In this document: positions 1 to 10,618 of the stretch, piece after piece | How positions within the stretch are numbered: position 1 is the first letter of the stretch | Layout: each line of letters opens with the position of its first letter | NCBI RefSeq assembly: GCF_030013595.1 | Contig: NZ_CP122768.1 | Strand: one strand, 5' to 3' | Length of the DNA: 64,000 nucleotides | Source: Escherichia coli | GTDB lineage: Bacteria > Pseudomonadota > Gammaproteobacteria > Enterobacterales > Enterobacteriaceae | Notes under the pieces: generated by a model | Databases searched by the model: none | What the model was told of the DNA's origin: nothing | Seen by the model: only the letters and a program-made list of their open reading frames with translations | Made by a program: the position numbers and the translations under genes

Positions 1-2
1 CA

Positions 3-167
<165 letters not shown>

Positions 168-206
168 TCTGATTCGGGCGCGGTTCTCGCGCCCGTTATT
201 AACAGA

Positions 207-1247
207 TCATTTATCGGAAGACGCCTGCCACAGATTCAGCTCGCCATCGGCGATATGCTGATCAATCTGCGCCAGCTCCTCGGTGCTAAATGTCAGATTA
301 TTCAGCGCCTGCACGTTCTCCTCAAGTTGCTCCGCGCGGCTGGCACCAATCAATACCGACGTCACGCGATCATCTTTCAGCAACCAGCTTAATGCCATTT
401 GCGCCATTGATTGTCCACGTTGCTGTGCCATTTCATGCAATAAGCGCAGGCTGTTGAGGTTGGCTTCGGTGAGCATTTTCGGCGTCAGACCACGAACTTT
501 ATTCCCTTCACGATGCATCCGTGAATCTTGCGGAATACCGTTGAGATATTTTCCGGTCAGCAATCCCTGAGCCAGAGGAGTAAAGGCAATGCAGCCCACG
601 CCGTTATTTTGCAGGGTATCCAGCAGGCCGCTTTTATCCACCCAGCGGTTCAGTAAATTGTACGAAGGTTGATGAATTAACAGCGGAATTTTCCACTCGC
701 GCAGTAACTCGACCATTTTTTGCGTCCGCTCTGGCGAGTAAGAGGAGATCCCGACATACAGCGCCTTACCGCTTTGTACCGCATGGGCCAGCGCAGAGGC
801 GGTTTCTTCCATCGGCGTATTTTCATCGACGCGATGAGAGTAAAAGATATCGACATACTCAAGCCCCATACGCTTCAGGCTTTGGTCGAGGCTGGCGAGC
901 AGGTATTTACGTGAACCGCCAGAGCCGTAAGGGCCGGGCCACATATCGTAGCCAGCCTTGGTAGAGATAATCAGTTCATCGCGATAAGCGGCAAAATCCT
1001 CCCGCAGCAGGCGACCAAAGTTCTCTTCTGCGCTTCCTGGAGGCGGCCCGTAATTGTTGGCTAAATCAAAGTGCGTAATGCCTAAATCAAACGCTTTACG
1101 CAGGATCGCTCGCTGTGATTCCAGCGCGTTAACGTGACCGAAATTGTGCCATAAACCGAGCGATAACGCGGGCAGGCGTAAACCGCTTTTTCCGCAATAG
1201 CGGTACTGCATTTGCCCGTAACGCTCGGGATTCGCTAACCAGACCAT
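207..1247 (-). CDS. yghZ: Aldo-keto reductase (L-glyceraldehyde 3-phosphate reductase)
   Basis: 346-aa ORF with aldo-keto reductase hallmarks; size and synteny match YghZ/Gpr. Confidence 0.85.
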   Translation of the reverse strand: MVWLANPERYGQMQYRYCGKSGLRLPALSLGLWHNFGHVNALESQRAILRKAFDLGITHFDLANNYGPPPGSAEENFGRLLREDFAAYRDELIISTKAGYDMWPGPYGSGGSRKYLLASLDQSLKRMGLEYVDIFYSHRVDENTPMEETASALAHAVQSGKALYVGISSYSPERTQKMVELLREWKIPLLIHQPSYNLLNRWVDKSGLLDTLQNNGVGCIAFTPLAQGLLTGKYLNGIPQDSRMHREGNKVRGLTPKMLTEANLNSLRLLHEMAQQRGQSMAQMALSWLLKDDRVTSVLIGASRAEQLEENVQALNNLTFSTEELAQIDQHIADGELNLWQASSDK

Positions 1248-1403
1248 GACCTCTCCTTTCCACCGTTCAATTTCGAAACAATGTTTCTAGTTTAGCGATT
1301 CATCAGCGCGTATCCCGTAGTCTGGCTCACAGAGTGACGAAAAACTGGGCAAAAACACGTGCTTATGCTTTGCTTAAAAAAACACCAATTGAGGAGTGCA
1401 ACG

Positions 1404-2291
1404 ATGCCGCGTCTGACCGCTAAAGATTTCCCACAAGAGTTGCTGGATTACTACGACTATTACGCTCACGGGAAAATTTCGAAACGTGAGTTCCTCAACC
1501 TTGCGGCGAAGTATGCGGTAGGCGGGATGACGGCATTAGCGTTGTTTGATTTGCTCAAGCCAAATTATGCGCTGGCGACTCAGGTAGAGTTTACCGACCC
1601 GGAAATTGTTGCTGAGTACATCACGTATTCTTCACCAAATGGTCACGGCGAGGTGCGGGGTTATCTGGTGAAGCCCGCAAAGATGAGCGGCAAAACGCCA
1701 GCCGTAGTGGTGGTGCATGAGAATCGTGGACTGAATCCGTATATCGAAGATGTGGCACGGCGAGTGGCGAAGGCGGGGTATATCGCCCTGGCTCCTGACG
1801 GCTTAAGTTCCGTTGGAGGTTATCCGGGTAATGATGATAAAGGTCGTGAGCTGCAACAGCAGGTTGATCCAACCAAACTGATGAATGATTTCTTTGCCGC
1901 AATTGAGTTTATGCAACGCTATCCGCAAGCGACAGGCAAAGTGGGTATTACCGGATTTTGCTATGGCGGTGGCGTATCGAACGCGGCGGCTGTCGCGTAT
2001 CCGGAACTGGCCTGCGCGGTGCCGTTTTATGGTCGACAGGCACCCACCGCCGATGTGGCGAAGATTGAAGCGCCTTTACTACTCCACTACGCGGAACTGG
2101 ACACCCGAATCAACGAGGGCTGGCCTGCTTACGAGGCGGCGTTGAAAGCCAATAATAAGGTCTATGAGGCGTATATCTATCCGGGAGTTAATCACGGATT
2201 CCATAATGATTCCACGCCCCGTTATGACAAATCTGCCGCCGATCTTGCCTGGCAAAGGACGCTGAAATGGTTCGATAAATATCTCTCCTGA
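1404..2291 (+). CDS. yghX: Dienelactone hydrolase family protein (intact here)
   Basis: ORF 1359-2291; preferred start ATG 1404 preceded by GAGGAG at 1391-1396; alpha/beta hydrolase pattern with GFCYGG nucleophile elbow; synteny with yghX. Confidence 0.75.
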   Translation: MPRLTAKDFPQELLDYYDYYAHGKISKREFLNLAAKYAVGGMTALALFDLLKPNYALATQVEFTDPEIVAEYITYSSPNGHGEVRGYLVKPAKMSGKTPAVVVVHENRGLNPYIEDVARRVAKAGYIALAPDGLSSVGGYPGNDDKGRELQQQVDPTKLMNDFFAAIEFMQRYPQATGKVGITGFCYGGGVSNAAAVAYPELACAVPFYGRQAPTADVAKIEAPLLLHYAELDTRINEGWPAYEAALKANNKVYEAYIYPGVNHGFHNDSTPRYDKSAADLAWQRTLKWFDKYLS

Positions 2292-2409
2292 TAGGTTTAT
2301 CTCTTACGGGATTACGTCTTAAACAAGCATGAAAAAATAGCGTGCGCAAAAGTCGTTCTTTGCCTAAAATATCGCTATATATGACAATATATAGCGAATG
2401 AGGTGAACG

Positions 2410-2697
2410 ATGAATAACCATTTTGGTAAAGGCTTAATGGCGGGATTAAAAGCAACGCATGCCGACAGTGCGGTTAATGTGACAAAATACTGTGCCGATT
2501 ATAAACGCGGTTTTGTATTAGGCTACTCACACCGGATGTACGAAAAGACCGGAGATCGCCAGCTTAGCGCCTGGGAAGCGGGTATTCTGACGCGCCGCTA
2601 TGGACTGGATAAAGAGATGGTAATGGATTTCTTTCGTGAGAATAATTCCTGTTCTACGTTGCGCTTTTTTATGGCCGGTTATCGCCTCGAAAATTGA
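2410..2697 (+). CDS. yghW: Small conserved protein YghW
   Basis: 95-aa ORF between yghX and hybO, matching the size and position of K-12 yghW. Confidence 0.55.
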   Translation: MNNHFGKGLMAGLKATHADSAVNVTKYCADYKRGFVLGYSHRMYEKTGDRQLSAWEAGILTRRYGLDKEMVMDFFRENNSCSTLRFFMAGYRLEN

Positions 2698-2885
2698 TCA
2701 AACATACGTATTATCTTGCTTTAATTAATTACACTAATGCTTCTTCCCTTCGTTTTAGCGCCCCGCCGCAGTATCATGATATCGATAACCATAATAAATG
2801 TGTGGTAAATGGCGCATCGATCGCATTATTGATTTTGCGATTGAGGCAAAATATATGCCAGGTCTTCGCAACGGAATAACTATAA

Positions 2886-4004
2886 ATGACTGGAGATAAC
2901 ACCCTCATCCATTCTCACGGCATTAACCGTCGTGATTTCATGAAGCTTTGTGCAGCATTAGCCGCCACCATGGGGTTAAGTAGCAAAGCCGCTGCAGAGA
3001 TGGCCGAATCGGTTACTAACCCGCAGCGTCCGCCAGTTATCTGGATTGGCGCGCAGGAGTGTACCGGTTGTACTGAATCTCTGCTTCGTGCAACGCATCC
3101 AACGGTAGAAAACCTCGTGCTGGAGACTATCTCTCTGGAGTATCACGAAGTGCTTTCCGCCGCCTTCGGTCATCAGGTCGAAGAGAACAAACATAACGCT
3201 CTCGAGAAGTACAAAGGGCAGTATGTGTTAGTGGTGGATGGTTCCATCCCATTAAAAGATAATGGTATTTATTGCATGGTTGCCGGTGAGCCGATTGTGG
3301 ATCACATCCGCAAAGCGGCGGAAGGCGCAGCAGCCATTATCGCTATCGGTTCCTGCTCTGCGTGGGGCGGTGTTGCCGCGGCTGGGGTTAACCCAACTGG
3401 CGCGGTCAGTCTGCAAGAAGTTCTGCCAGGCAAAACTGTAATCAACATTCCTGGCTGCCCGCCGAACCCGCACAACTTCCTCGCGACCGTTGCGCACATC
3501 ATCACTTACGGCAAACCACCGAAGCTGGATGATAAAAACCGTCCGACTTTCGCCTACGGTCGTCTGATTCACGAACACTGTGAACGTCGCCCGCACTTCG
3601 ATGCTGGTCGCTTTGCGAAAGAGTTCGGCGACGAAGGCCACCGTGAAGGCTGGTGCCTGTACCACCTCGGCTGTAAAGGGCCAGAAACTTACGGCAACTG
3701 CTCAACGCTGCAATTCTGCGACGTTGGCGGCGTGTGGCCGGTGGCGATTGGTCACCCGTGCTATGGCTGTAACGAAGAAGGTATCGGCTTCCATAAAGGC
3801 ATCCATCAGCTTGCCAACGTCGAAAACCAGACTCCGCGTTCACAGAAACCGGACGTTAACGCTAAAGAAGGCGGCAACGTCTCGGCAGGCGCTATTGGTT
3901 TGCTCGGCGGTGTGGTTGGGCTGGTTGCCGGTGTCAGCGTGATGGCGGTGCGTGAACTGGGTCGTCAGCAAAAGAAAGATAACGCTGACTCACGGGGAGA
4001 ATAA
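2886..4004 (+). CDS. hybO: Hydrogenase 2 small subunit, Tat-exported
   Basis: 372 aa; twin-arginine motif NRRDFMK near N-terminus; Cys-rich [NiFe] small-subunit pattern; C-terminal membrane anchor. Confidence 0.95.
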   Translation: MTGDNTLIHSHGINRRDFMKLCAALAATMGLSSKAAAEMAESVTNPQRPPVIWIGAQECTGCTESLLRATHPTVENLVLETISLEYHEVLSAAFGHQVEENKHNALEKYKGQYVLVVDGSIPLKDNGIYCMVAGEPIVDHIRKAAEGAAAIIAIGSCSAWGGVAAAGVNPTGAVSLQEVLPGKTVINIPGCPPNPHNFLATVAHIITYGKPPKLDDKNRPTFAYGRLIHEHCERRPHFDAGRFAKEFGDEGHREGWCLYHLGCKGPETYGNCSTLQFCDVGGVWPVAIGHPCYGCNEEGIGFHKGIHQLANVENQTPRSQKPDVNAKEGGNVSAGAIGLLGGVVGLVAGVSVMAVRELGRQQKKDNADSRGE

Positions 4005-4006
4005 CC

Positions 4007-4993
4007 GTGAACAGACGTAATTTTATTAAAGCAGCCTCCTGCGGGGCATTGCTGACGGGCGCACTGCCGTCTGTTAGCCATGCGGCTGCCGAAAACCGCC
4101 CGCCAATTCCGGGATCGCTGGGGATGTTGTACGACTCGACTTTGTGCGTAGGCTGCCAGGCTTGCGTCACCAAGTGTCAGGATATCAATTTCCCTGAACG
4201 TAACCCACAAGGGGAACAGACCTGGTCGAACAACGACAAACTGTCGCCGTACACCAATAATATCATTCAGGTGTGGACCAGCGGCACGGGGGTCAACAAA
4301 GACCAGGAGGAGAACGGCTACGCGTACATCAAGAAACAGTGTATGCATTGCGTCGATCCGAACTGTGTCTCCGTGTGCCCGGTCTCTGCACTGAAAAAAG
4401 ATCCGAAAACCGGCATTGTCCATTACGACAAAGACGTGTGCACCGGTTGCCGTTACTGCATGGTCGCCTGTCCGTACAACGTGCCGAAGTACGACTACAA
4501 CAACCCGTTTGGTGCGCTGCATAAGTGCGAGCTGTGCAACCAGAAAGGTGTGGAACGTCTCGACAAAGGCGGTCTGCCTGGCTGCGTAGAAGTGTGCCCG
4601 GCGGGCGCGGTGATTTTCGGTACGCGTGAAGAGCTGATGGCGGAGGCGAAAAAACGTCTGGCGCTGAAGCCTGGCAGCGAATACCACTATCCGCGTCAGA
4701 CGCTGAAATCTGGCGACACTTACCTGCATACGGTGCCGGAATATTATCCGCATCTGTACGGCGAGAAAGAGGGCGGCGGTACTCAGGTTCTGGTACTGAC
4801 GGGTGTGCCTTATGAAAATCTCGACCTGCCGAAGCTGGACGATCTTTCTACCGGTGCGCGTTCCGAAAATATTCAACACACCCTGTATAAAGGCATGATG
4901 CTACCACTGGCCGTGCTGGCGGGCTTAACCGTGCTGGTTCGTCGCAACACCAAAAACGACCATCACGACGGAGGAGACGATCATGAGTCATGA
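4007..4993 (+). CDS. hybA: Hydrogenase 2 ferredoxin-type 4Fe-4S subunit
   Basis: 328 aa; Tat motif MNRRNFIK; several CxxCxxCxxxCP ferredoxin motifs. Confidence 0.95.
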   Translation: MNRRNFIKAASCGALLTGALPSVSHAAAENRPPIPGSLGMLYDSTLCVGCQACVTKCQDINFPERNPQGEQTWSNNDKLSPYTNNIIQVWTSGTGVNKDQEENGYAYIKKQCMHCVDPNCVSVCPVSALKKDPKTGIVHYDKDVCTGCRYCMVACPYNVPKYDYNNPFGALHKCELCNQKGVERLDKGGLPGCVEVCPAGAVIFGTREELMAEAKKRLALKPGSEYHYPRQTLKSGDTYLHTVPEYYPHLYGEKEGGGTQVLVLTGVPYENLDLPKLDDLSTGARSENIQHTLYKGMMLPLAVLAGLTVLVRRNTKNDHHDGGDDHES

Positions 4994-6161
4994 TCCACAA
5001 CCGCTGGGCGGCAAAATCATCAGTAAACCGGTCATGATTTTTGGACCGTTAATCGTCATCTGTATGCTCCTGATTGTGAAGCGTCTGGTGTTCGGTCTGG
5101 GCTCTGTCTCTGACCTGAACGGCGGTTTCCCGTGGGGCGTATGGATCGCGTTTGACCTGCTGATCGGAACCGGCTTCGCCTGTGGCGGCTGGGCGCTGGC
5201 GTGGGCGGTATACGTCTTTAACCGTGGACAATACCATCCGCTAGTGCGTCCGGCGCTGTTGGCGAGTCTGTTCGGTTACTCACTGGGTGGCTTGTCGATC
5301 ACTATCGACGTCGGTCGCTACTGGAACCTGCCGTACTTCTACATTCCGGGTCACTTCAACGTGAACTCGGTACTGTTCGAGACGGCGGTCTGTATGACCA
5401 TCTACATCGGCGTGATGGCACTGGAGTTTGCTCCGGCACTGTTTGAACGTCTGGGCTGGAAAGTGTCGCTCAAACGGCTGAACAAGGTGATGTTCTTCAT
5501 CATCGCGCTCGGTGCGCTGCTGCCAACTATGCACCAGTCTTCAATGGGGTCGCTGATGATCTCGGCGGGCTACAAGGTGCATCCGCTGTGGCAGAGCTAT
5601 GAAATGTTGCCGCTGTTCTCGCTGCTGACGGCGTTCATCATGGGCTTCTCGATTGTCATCTTTGAAGGTTCACTGGTGCAGGCGGGTCTGCGTGGCAACG
5701 GTCCGGATGAAAAGAGCCTGTTCGTCAAGCTGACCAACACCATCAGTGTGTTGCTGACGATTTTCATCGTGCTGCGCTTTGGCGAGCTTATCTATCGCGA
5801 CAAGCTGTCGTTAGCGTTTGCCGGTGACTTCTACTCCGTGATGTTCTGGATTGAAGTCCTGCTGATGCTCTTCCCGCTGGTCGTTCTGCGTGTGGCGAAG
5901 CTGCGTAATGATTCCCGCATGCTGTTCCTGTCAGCACTGAGCGCACTGTTAGGTTGTGCAACCTGGCGTCTGACCTATTCGCTGGTGGCATTCAACCCGG
6001 GCGGCGGTTACGCCTACTTCCCGACCTGGGAAGAACTGTTGATTTCTATTGGTTTTGTGGCTATTGAGATTTGCGCTTACATCGTACTCATTCGTCTACT
6101 GCCGATACTTCCTCCTTTAAAACAAAACGATCATAATCGTCATGAGGCGAGCAAAGCATGA
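4983..6161 (+). CDS. hybB: Hydrogenase 2 integral membrane subunit
   Basis: 392 aa, highly hydrophobic multi-span protein; start overlaps hybA stop. Confidence 0.9.
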   Translation: MSHDPQPLGGKIISKPVMIFGPLIVICMLLIVKRLVFGLGSVSDLNGGFPWGVWIAFDLLIGTGFACGGWALAWAVYVFNRGQYHPLVRPALLASLFGYSLGGLSITIDVGRYWNLPYFYIPGHFNVNSVLFETAVCMTIYIGVMALEFAPALFERLGWKVSLKRLNKVMFFIIALGALLPTMHQSSMGSLMISAGYKVHPLWQSYEMLPLFSLLTAFIMGFSIVIFEGSLVQAGLRGNGPDEKSLFVKLTNTISVLLTIFIVLRFGELIYRDKLSLAFAGDFYSVMFWIEVLLMLFPLVVLRVAKLRNDSRMLFLSALSALLGCATWRLTYSLVAFNPGGGYAYFPTWEELLISIGFVAIEICAYIVLIRLLPILPPLKQNDHNRHEASKA

Positions 6162-7861
6162 GCCAGAGAATTACTATTGATCCGGTAACCCGTATTGAGG
6201 GGCATTTACGCATCGATTGCGAAATCGAAAATGGCGTCGTTTCGAAAGCATGGGCTTCCGGTACCATGTGGCGCGGCATGGAAGAGATCGTGAAAAACCG
6301 CGATCCGCGCGATGCATGGATGATTGTGCAACGTATCTGTGGCGTATGTACTACCACTCACGCGCTGTCTTCTGTTCGTGCGGCAGAAAGTGCGCTGAAT
6401 ATCGACGTTCCGGTTAACGCGCAATACATCCGTAACATCATTCTGGCTGCGCACACCACGCATGACCATATCGTTCATTTCTATCAGCTCTCGGCGCTGG
6501 ACTGGGTGGACATCACTTCTGCACTGCAAGCTGACCCAACCAAAGCCTCCGAAATGCTGAAAGGCGTTTCGACCTGGCATCTGAACAGCCCGGAAGAGTT
6601 CACTAAAGTTCAGAACAAGATCAAAGATCTGGTTGCCAGCGGTCAGTTGGGTATTTTCGCCAATGGCTACTGGGGTCACCCGGCAATGAAACTGCCGCCG
6701 GAAGTGAACCTGATTGCGGTAGCGCACTACCTGCAAGCGCTGGAGTGCCAGCGTGACGCTAACCGCGTCGTGGCGCTGCTGGGCGGTAAAACGCCGCACA
6801 TTCAGAACCTGGCGGTAGGTGGTGTCGCGAACCCGATCAACCTCGACGGTCTGGGTGTGCTGAACCTTGAGCGCCTGATGTACATCAAGTCTTTCATCGA
6901 CAAACTGAGCGACTTTGTTGAGCAGGTTTATAAGGTTGATACCGCGGTTATCGCCGCGTTCTACCCGGAATGGCTGACGCGCGGTAAAGGTGCGGTGAAC
7001 TACCTGAGCGTGCCGGAATTCCCGACCGACAGCAAAAACGGCAGCTTCCTGTTCCCGGGCGGCTACATTGAGAATGCGGATCTGTCCTCGTATCGTCCGA
7101 TCACTTCTCATTCCGATGAATACCTGATCAAAGGCATTCAGGAAAGCGCGAAGCACTCCTGGTATAAAGACGAAGCGCCGCAGGCACCGTGGGAAGGCAC
7201 CACCATTCCGGCTTATGATGGTTGGTCTGACGACGGGAAATATTCCTGGGTGAAATCACCAACTTTCTACGGCAAAACGGTAGAAGTGGGTCCGCTGGCT
7301 AATATGCTGGTGAAACTGGCGGCAGGTCGCGAATCTACCCAGAACAAACTGAATGAAATCGTTGCGATTTATCAGAAACTGACTGGCAACACGCTGGAAG
7401 TGGCACAGCTGCACTCCACGCTGGGCCGTATTATTGGTCGTACCGTTCACTGCTGCGAATTGCAGGATATCCTGCAAAATCAATACAGTGCACTGATCAC
7501 CAATATCGGCAAAGGCGATCACACCACCTTTGTTAAGCCGAACATTCCGGCAACGGGTGAGTTCAAAGGTGTTGGCTTCCTCGAAGCGCCGCGCGGTATG
7601 CTCTCTCACTGGATGGTGATCAAAGACGGTATTATCAGTAACTACCAGGCAGTTGTTCCATCAACCTGGAACTCTGGCCCGCGTAACTTCAATGATGACG
7701 TCGGTCCTTACGAGCAGTCGCTGGTGGGTACGCCGGTTGCCGATCCGAATAAACCGCTGGAAGTGGTGCGTACCATTCACTCCTTCGACCCGTGCATGGC
7801 CTGTGCGGTACACGTAGTGGATGCCGACGGCAACGAAGTGGTTTCAGTGAAGGTTCTGTAA
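6158..7861 (+). CDS. hybC: Hydrogenase 2 [NiFe] large subunit
   Basis: 567 aa; N-terminal RICGVCTTTH and C-terminal DPCMACAVH nickel-binding motifs. Confidence 0.95.
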   Translation: MSQRITIDPVTRIEGHLRIDCEIENGVVSKAWASGTMWRGMEEIVKNRDPRDAWMIVQRICGVCTTTHALSSVRAAESALNIDVPVNAQYIRNIILAAHTTHDHIVHFYQLSALDWVDITSALQADPTKASEMLKGVSTWHLNSPEEFTKVQNKIKDLVASGQLGIFANGYWGHPAMKLPPEVNLIAVAHYLQALECQRDANRVVALLGGKTPHIQNLAVGGVANPINLDGLGVLNLERLMYIKSFIDKLSDFVEQVYKVDTAVIAAFYPEWLTRGKGAVNYLSVPEFPTDSKNGSFLFPGGYIENADLSSYRPITSHSDEYLIKGIQESAKHSWYKDEAPQAPWEGTTIPAYDGWSDDGKYSWVKSPTFYGKTVEVGPLANMLVKLAAGRESTQNKLNEIVAIYQKLTGNTLEVAQLHSTLGRIIGRTVHCCELQDILQNQYSALITNIGKGDHTTFVKPNIPATGEFKGVGFLEAPRGMLSHWMVIKDGIISNYQAVVPSTWNSGPRNFNDDVGPYEQSLVGTPVADPNKPLEVVRTIHSFDPCMACAVHVVDADGNEVVSVKVL

Positions 7862-8355
7862 TGCGTATTTTAGTCTTAGGGGTTGGCAATATTTTGCTGA
7901 CCGATGAAGCCATCGGTGTGCGGATTGTCGAAGCGTTAGAGCAACGATATATTCTGCCGGATTATGTTGAGATCCTCGATGGCGGCACGGCGGGAATGGA
8001 GCTGCTTGGCGACATGGCAAATCGCGATCATCTGATCATTGCGGATGCCATTGTGTCGAAGAAGAGCGCGCCGGGAACGATGATGATCCTGCGGGATGAA
8101 GAAGTTCCGGCGTTGTTTACCAACAAAATCTCTCCGCATCAGCTTGGCCTGGCCGACGTATTGTCGGCCCTGCGCTTCACCGGTGAGTTTCCGAAAAAGC
8201 TGACCCTGGTCGGCGTGATCCCGGAATCGCTGGAGCCACACATCGGCTTAACGCCGACGGTTGAAGCAATGATTGAACCTGCGCTTGAGCAGGTTCTGGC
8301 TGCGCTGCGCGAATCAGGCGTGGAAGCCATCCCACGGGAGGCGACTCATGACTGA
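7861..8355 (+). CDS. hybD: Hydrogenase 2 maturation endopeptidase
   Basis: Start ATG at 7861 overlapping the hybC stop (ORF track starts further upstream at 7792); 164 aa beginning MRILVLGVGN. Confidence 0.9.
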   Translation: MRILVLGVGNILLTDEAIGVRIVEALEQRYILPDYVEILDGGTAGMELLGDMANRDHLIIADAIVSKKSAPGTMMILRDEEVPALFTNKISPHQLGLADVLSALRFTGEFPKKLTLVGVIPESLEPHIGLTPTVEAMIEPALEQVLAALRESGVEAIPREATHD

Positions 8356-8836
8356 AGAGATAGCAGGTTTCCAGACCTCCCCGAAGGCGCAAGTACAGGC
8401 AGCTTTTGAAGAAATTGCCCGGCGTTCGATGCATGATCTCTCTTTTCTGCATCCTTCAATGCCGGTGTATGTTTCTGACTTTACGCTGTTCGAAGGTCAG
8501 TGGACGGGGTGTGTGATCACCCCGTGGATGCTGAGTGCAGTTATCTTCCCCGGCCCGGATCAACTCTGGCCACTGCGCAAAGTGAGTGAAAAAATTGGTC
8601 TGCAACTGCCGTATGGCACTATGACCTTTACCGTTGGCGAACTGGACGGTGTTTCTCAATATCTCTCCTGTTCGCTGATGTCGCCGCTTTCGCACAGCAT
8701 GTCGATTGAAGAGGGCCAACGCCTGACGGATGACTGCGCACGAATGATCCTTTCGCTGCCAGTCACGAATCCGGATGTACCACACGCAGGGCGTCGCGCC
8801 CTGCTGTTTGGCCGCAGGAGTGGCGAAAATGCATGA
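8348..8836 (+). CDS. hybE: Hydrogenase 2-specific chaperone
   Basis: Start ATG 8348 (MTEEIAGFQ) overlapping hybD end; 162 aa; operon position. Confidence 0.8.
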   Translation: MTEEIAGFQTSPKAQVQAAFEEIARRSMHDLSFLHPSMPVYVSDFTLFEGQWTGCVITPWMLSAVIFPGPDQLWPLRKVSEKIGLQLPYGTMTFTVGELDGVSQYLSCSLMSPLSHSMSIEEGQRLTDDCARMILSLPVTNPDVPHAGRRALLFGRRSGENA

Positions 8837-9170
8837 GTTGTCGCTTTGCCAGAGCGCCGTTGAAATTATCCAACGGCAGGCGGAGCAGCACGATGTTAAG
8901 CGCGTCACCGCCGTGTGGCTGGAAATTGGCGCGCTCTCCTGCGTTGAGGAGAGCGCCGTCCGTTTTAGTTTTGAAATTGTCTGCCACGGAACGGTGGCGC
9001 AAGGGTGCGATTTACATATCGTCTATAAACCCGCCCATGCCTGGTGCTGGGATTGCAGCCAGGTGGTGGAGATTCATCAGCACGATGCGCAGTGTCCGCT
9101 CTGTCATGGCGAGCGGTTGCGTGTCGATACCGGCGATTCGCTGATCGTCAAAAGTATTGAAGTTGAATAA
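8829..9170 (+). CDS. hybF: Hydrogenase nickel-incorporation protein (HypA paralog)
   Basis: Start ATG 8829 (MHELSLCQ); 113 aa with CxxC ... CPxC zinc-finger motifs. Confidence 0.85.
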   Translation: MHELSLCQSAVEIIQRQAEQHDVKRVTAVWLEIGALSCVEESAVRFSFEIVCHGTVAQGCDLHIVYKPAHAWCWDCSQVVEIHQHDAQCPLCHGERLRVDTGDSLIVKSIEVE

Positions 9171-9182
9171 CCGGAGTTAATA

Positions 9183-9431
9183 ATGTGTATTGGCGTTCCA
9201 GGCCAGGTGCTGGCTGTCGGTGAAGATATTCACCAGCTTGCGCAGGTTGAAGTATGTGGTATCAAGCGCGACGTGAATATCGCCCTGATTTGTGAAGGTA
9301 ACCCTGCCGATCTACTGGGCCAGTGGGTGCTGGTACACGTCGGATTTGCCATGAGCATCATCGACGAAGATGAAGCCAAAGCCACATTAGACGCGCTGCG
9401 CCAAATGGATTACGACATTACCAGCGCGTGA
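9183..9431 (+). CDS. hybG: Hydrogenase maturation factor (HypC family)
   Basis: 82 aa starting MCIGVPGQV, the HypC-family N-terminal signature. Confidence 0.9.
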
Positions 9432-9545
9432 TGATTAGCTTTCGTAGGCCAGATAAGACGCGACAGCGTCGCATCAGGCCTTGTGCACGATTGCCGGATG
9501 CGGCGCCTTATCCGGCCTGGATGGGGTGCTGCGACGAACACCAAC
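9431..9545. repeat. REP (repetitive extragenic palindromic) element cluster downstream of hybG
   Basis: Imperfect palindromes of the gccggatgcggcg / cgcatcaggc type between convergent hybG and yghU. Confidence 0.6.
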
Positions 9546-9547
9546 CC

Positions 9548-10414
9548 TTACCCCTGACGCTTATCTTCCGTATTCGTCTCGAAATCACTGGCGTCATGGC
9601 GTTCATGCAACTGCTCGTTCAGCGGTCCGTTGGTGCGGTTAACAATACGCCCACGCTTCACCGCCGGACGTTCGCCCACTTCTTTCGCCCAGCGTTGTAC
9701 GTGTTTATAACTTCCCGCATCCAGAAACTCTGCGGCATCATACACGCCGCCTAACACCACGTTGCCAAACCACGGCCAAATCGCCATATCCGCAATGGTG
9801 TACTCATCGCCCGCAACAAACTTATGCTGCGCCAGTTGCTTATCCAGCACGTCGAGCAGGCGCTTGGCTTCCATAGTAAAGCGGTTGATGGCGTACTCAA
9901 TTTTCACCGGCGCGTAATGGTAAAAGTGACCAAAACCACCGCCGAGGAACGGCGCGGCACCCTGTAACCAGAACAGCCAGTTCAGCGTTTCAGTCCGTTT
10001 TGCCAGATCCTGCGGCAGGAAGTAGCCAAATTTCTCCGCCAGATAAAGCAGAATCGATCCAGACTCAAACACGCGGATCGGTGGATTATGAGTATGATCG
10101 CGCAATGCCGGAATCTTCGAATTCGGGTTCACTTCGACAAAGCCGCTGGAGAATTGATCGCCATCGCCTATGCGTATCAGCCAGGCATCGTACTCTGCAC
10201 CAGTAACGCCCAGCGCCAGCAGCTCCTCAAGCATAATCGTTACTTTCTGACCGTTCGGCGTTCCCAGCGAATAGAGTTGTAAGGGGTGTTTGCCAACGGG
10301 CAGCGTTTTTTCATGCGTCGGACCAGAAACCGGGCGATTGATATTGGCGAACGCGCCGCCGGCGGATTTGTCCCACGTCCAGACTTTCGCGGGCTGATAA
10401 GTATTGTCTGTCAT
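9548..10414 (-). CDS. yghU: Glutathione S-transferase-like protein
   Basis: ORF 9548-10462; preferred start at 10414 (MTDNTYQPAKV) gives 288 aa; GST fold and synteny. Confidence 0.85.
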   Translation of the reverse strand: MTDNTYQPAKVWTWDKSAGGAFANINRPVSGPTHEKTLPVGKHPLQLYSLGTPNGQKVTIMLEELLALGVTGAEYDAWLIRIGDGDQFSSGFVEVNPNSKIPALRDHTHNPPIRVFESGSILLYLAEKFGYFLPQDLAKRTETLNWLFWLQGAAPFLGGGFGHFYHYAPVKIEYAINRFTMEAKRLLDVLDKQLAQHKFVAGDEYTIADMAIWPWFGNVVLGGVYDAAEFLDAGSYKHVQRWAKEVGERPAVKRGRIVNRTNGPLNEQLHERHDASDFETNTEDKRQG

Positions 10415-10618
10415 AGTGAGTTGCCTTCTCAGTGGTAGTGTCGAAGCAGTGTAGCAGGTCACTTGCTGTACAGAATGTGAATTTTTTAACCCTTTGCGCC
10501 AGCCGCTGCGATGAGGTGTATGATTAGTCTGACCTCTGTCCGGTTAATGTCGCTGAGCAGGTAATCAGAGCACAACAATTACGCCAACTGCTTAGGTTGT
10601 ATTGTTAAAGGTAAAGTG

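Noticed and set aside
3965-4879. 304-aa ORF antisense to hybA
   Set aside because: Lies entirely opposite a confidently identified ferredoxin-type hydrogenase subunit; Arg-rich low-complexity translation typical of spurious frames in GC-rich coding DNA.
6206-7156. 316-aa ORF antisense to hybC
   Set aside because: Fully embedded opposite the [NiFe] large-subunit gene; no start context; shadow ORF.
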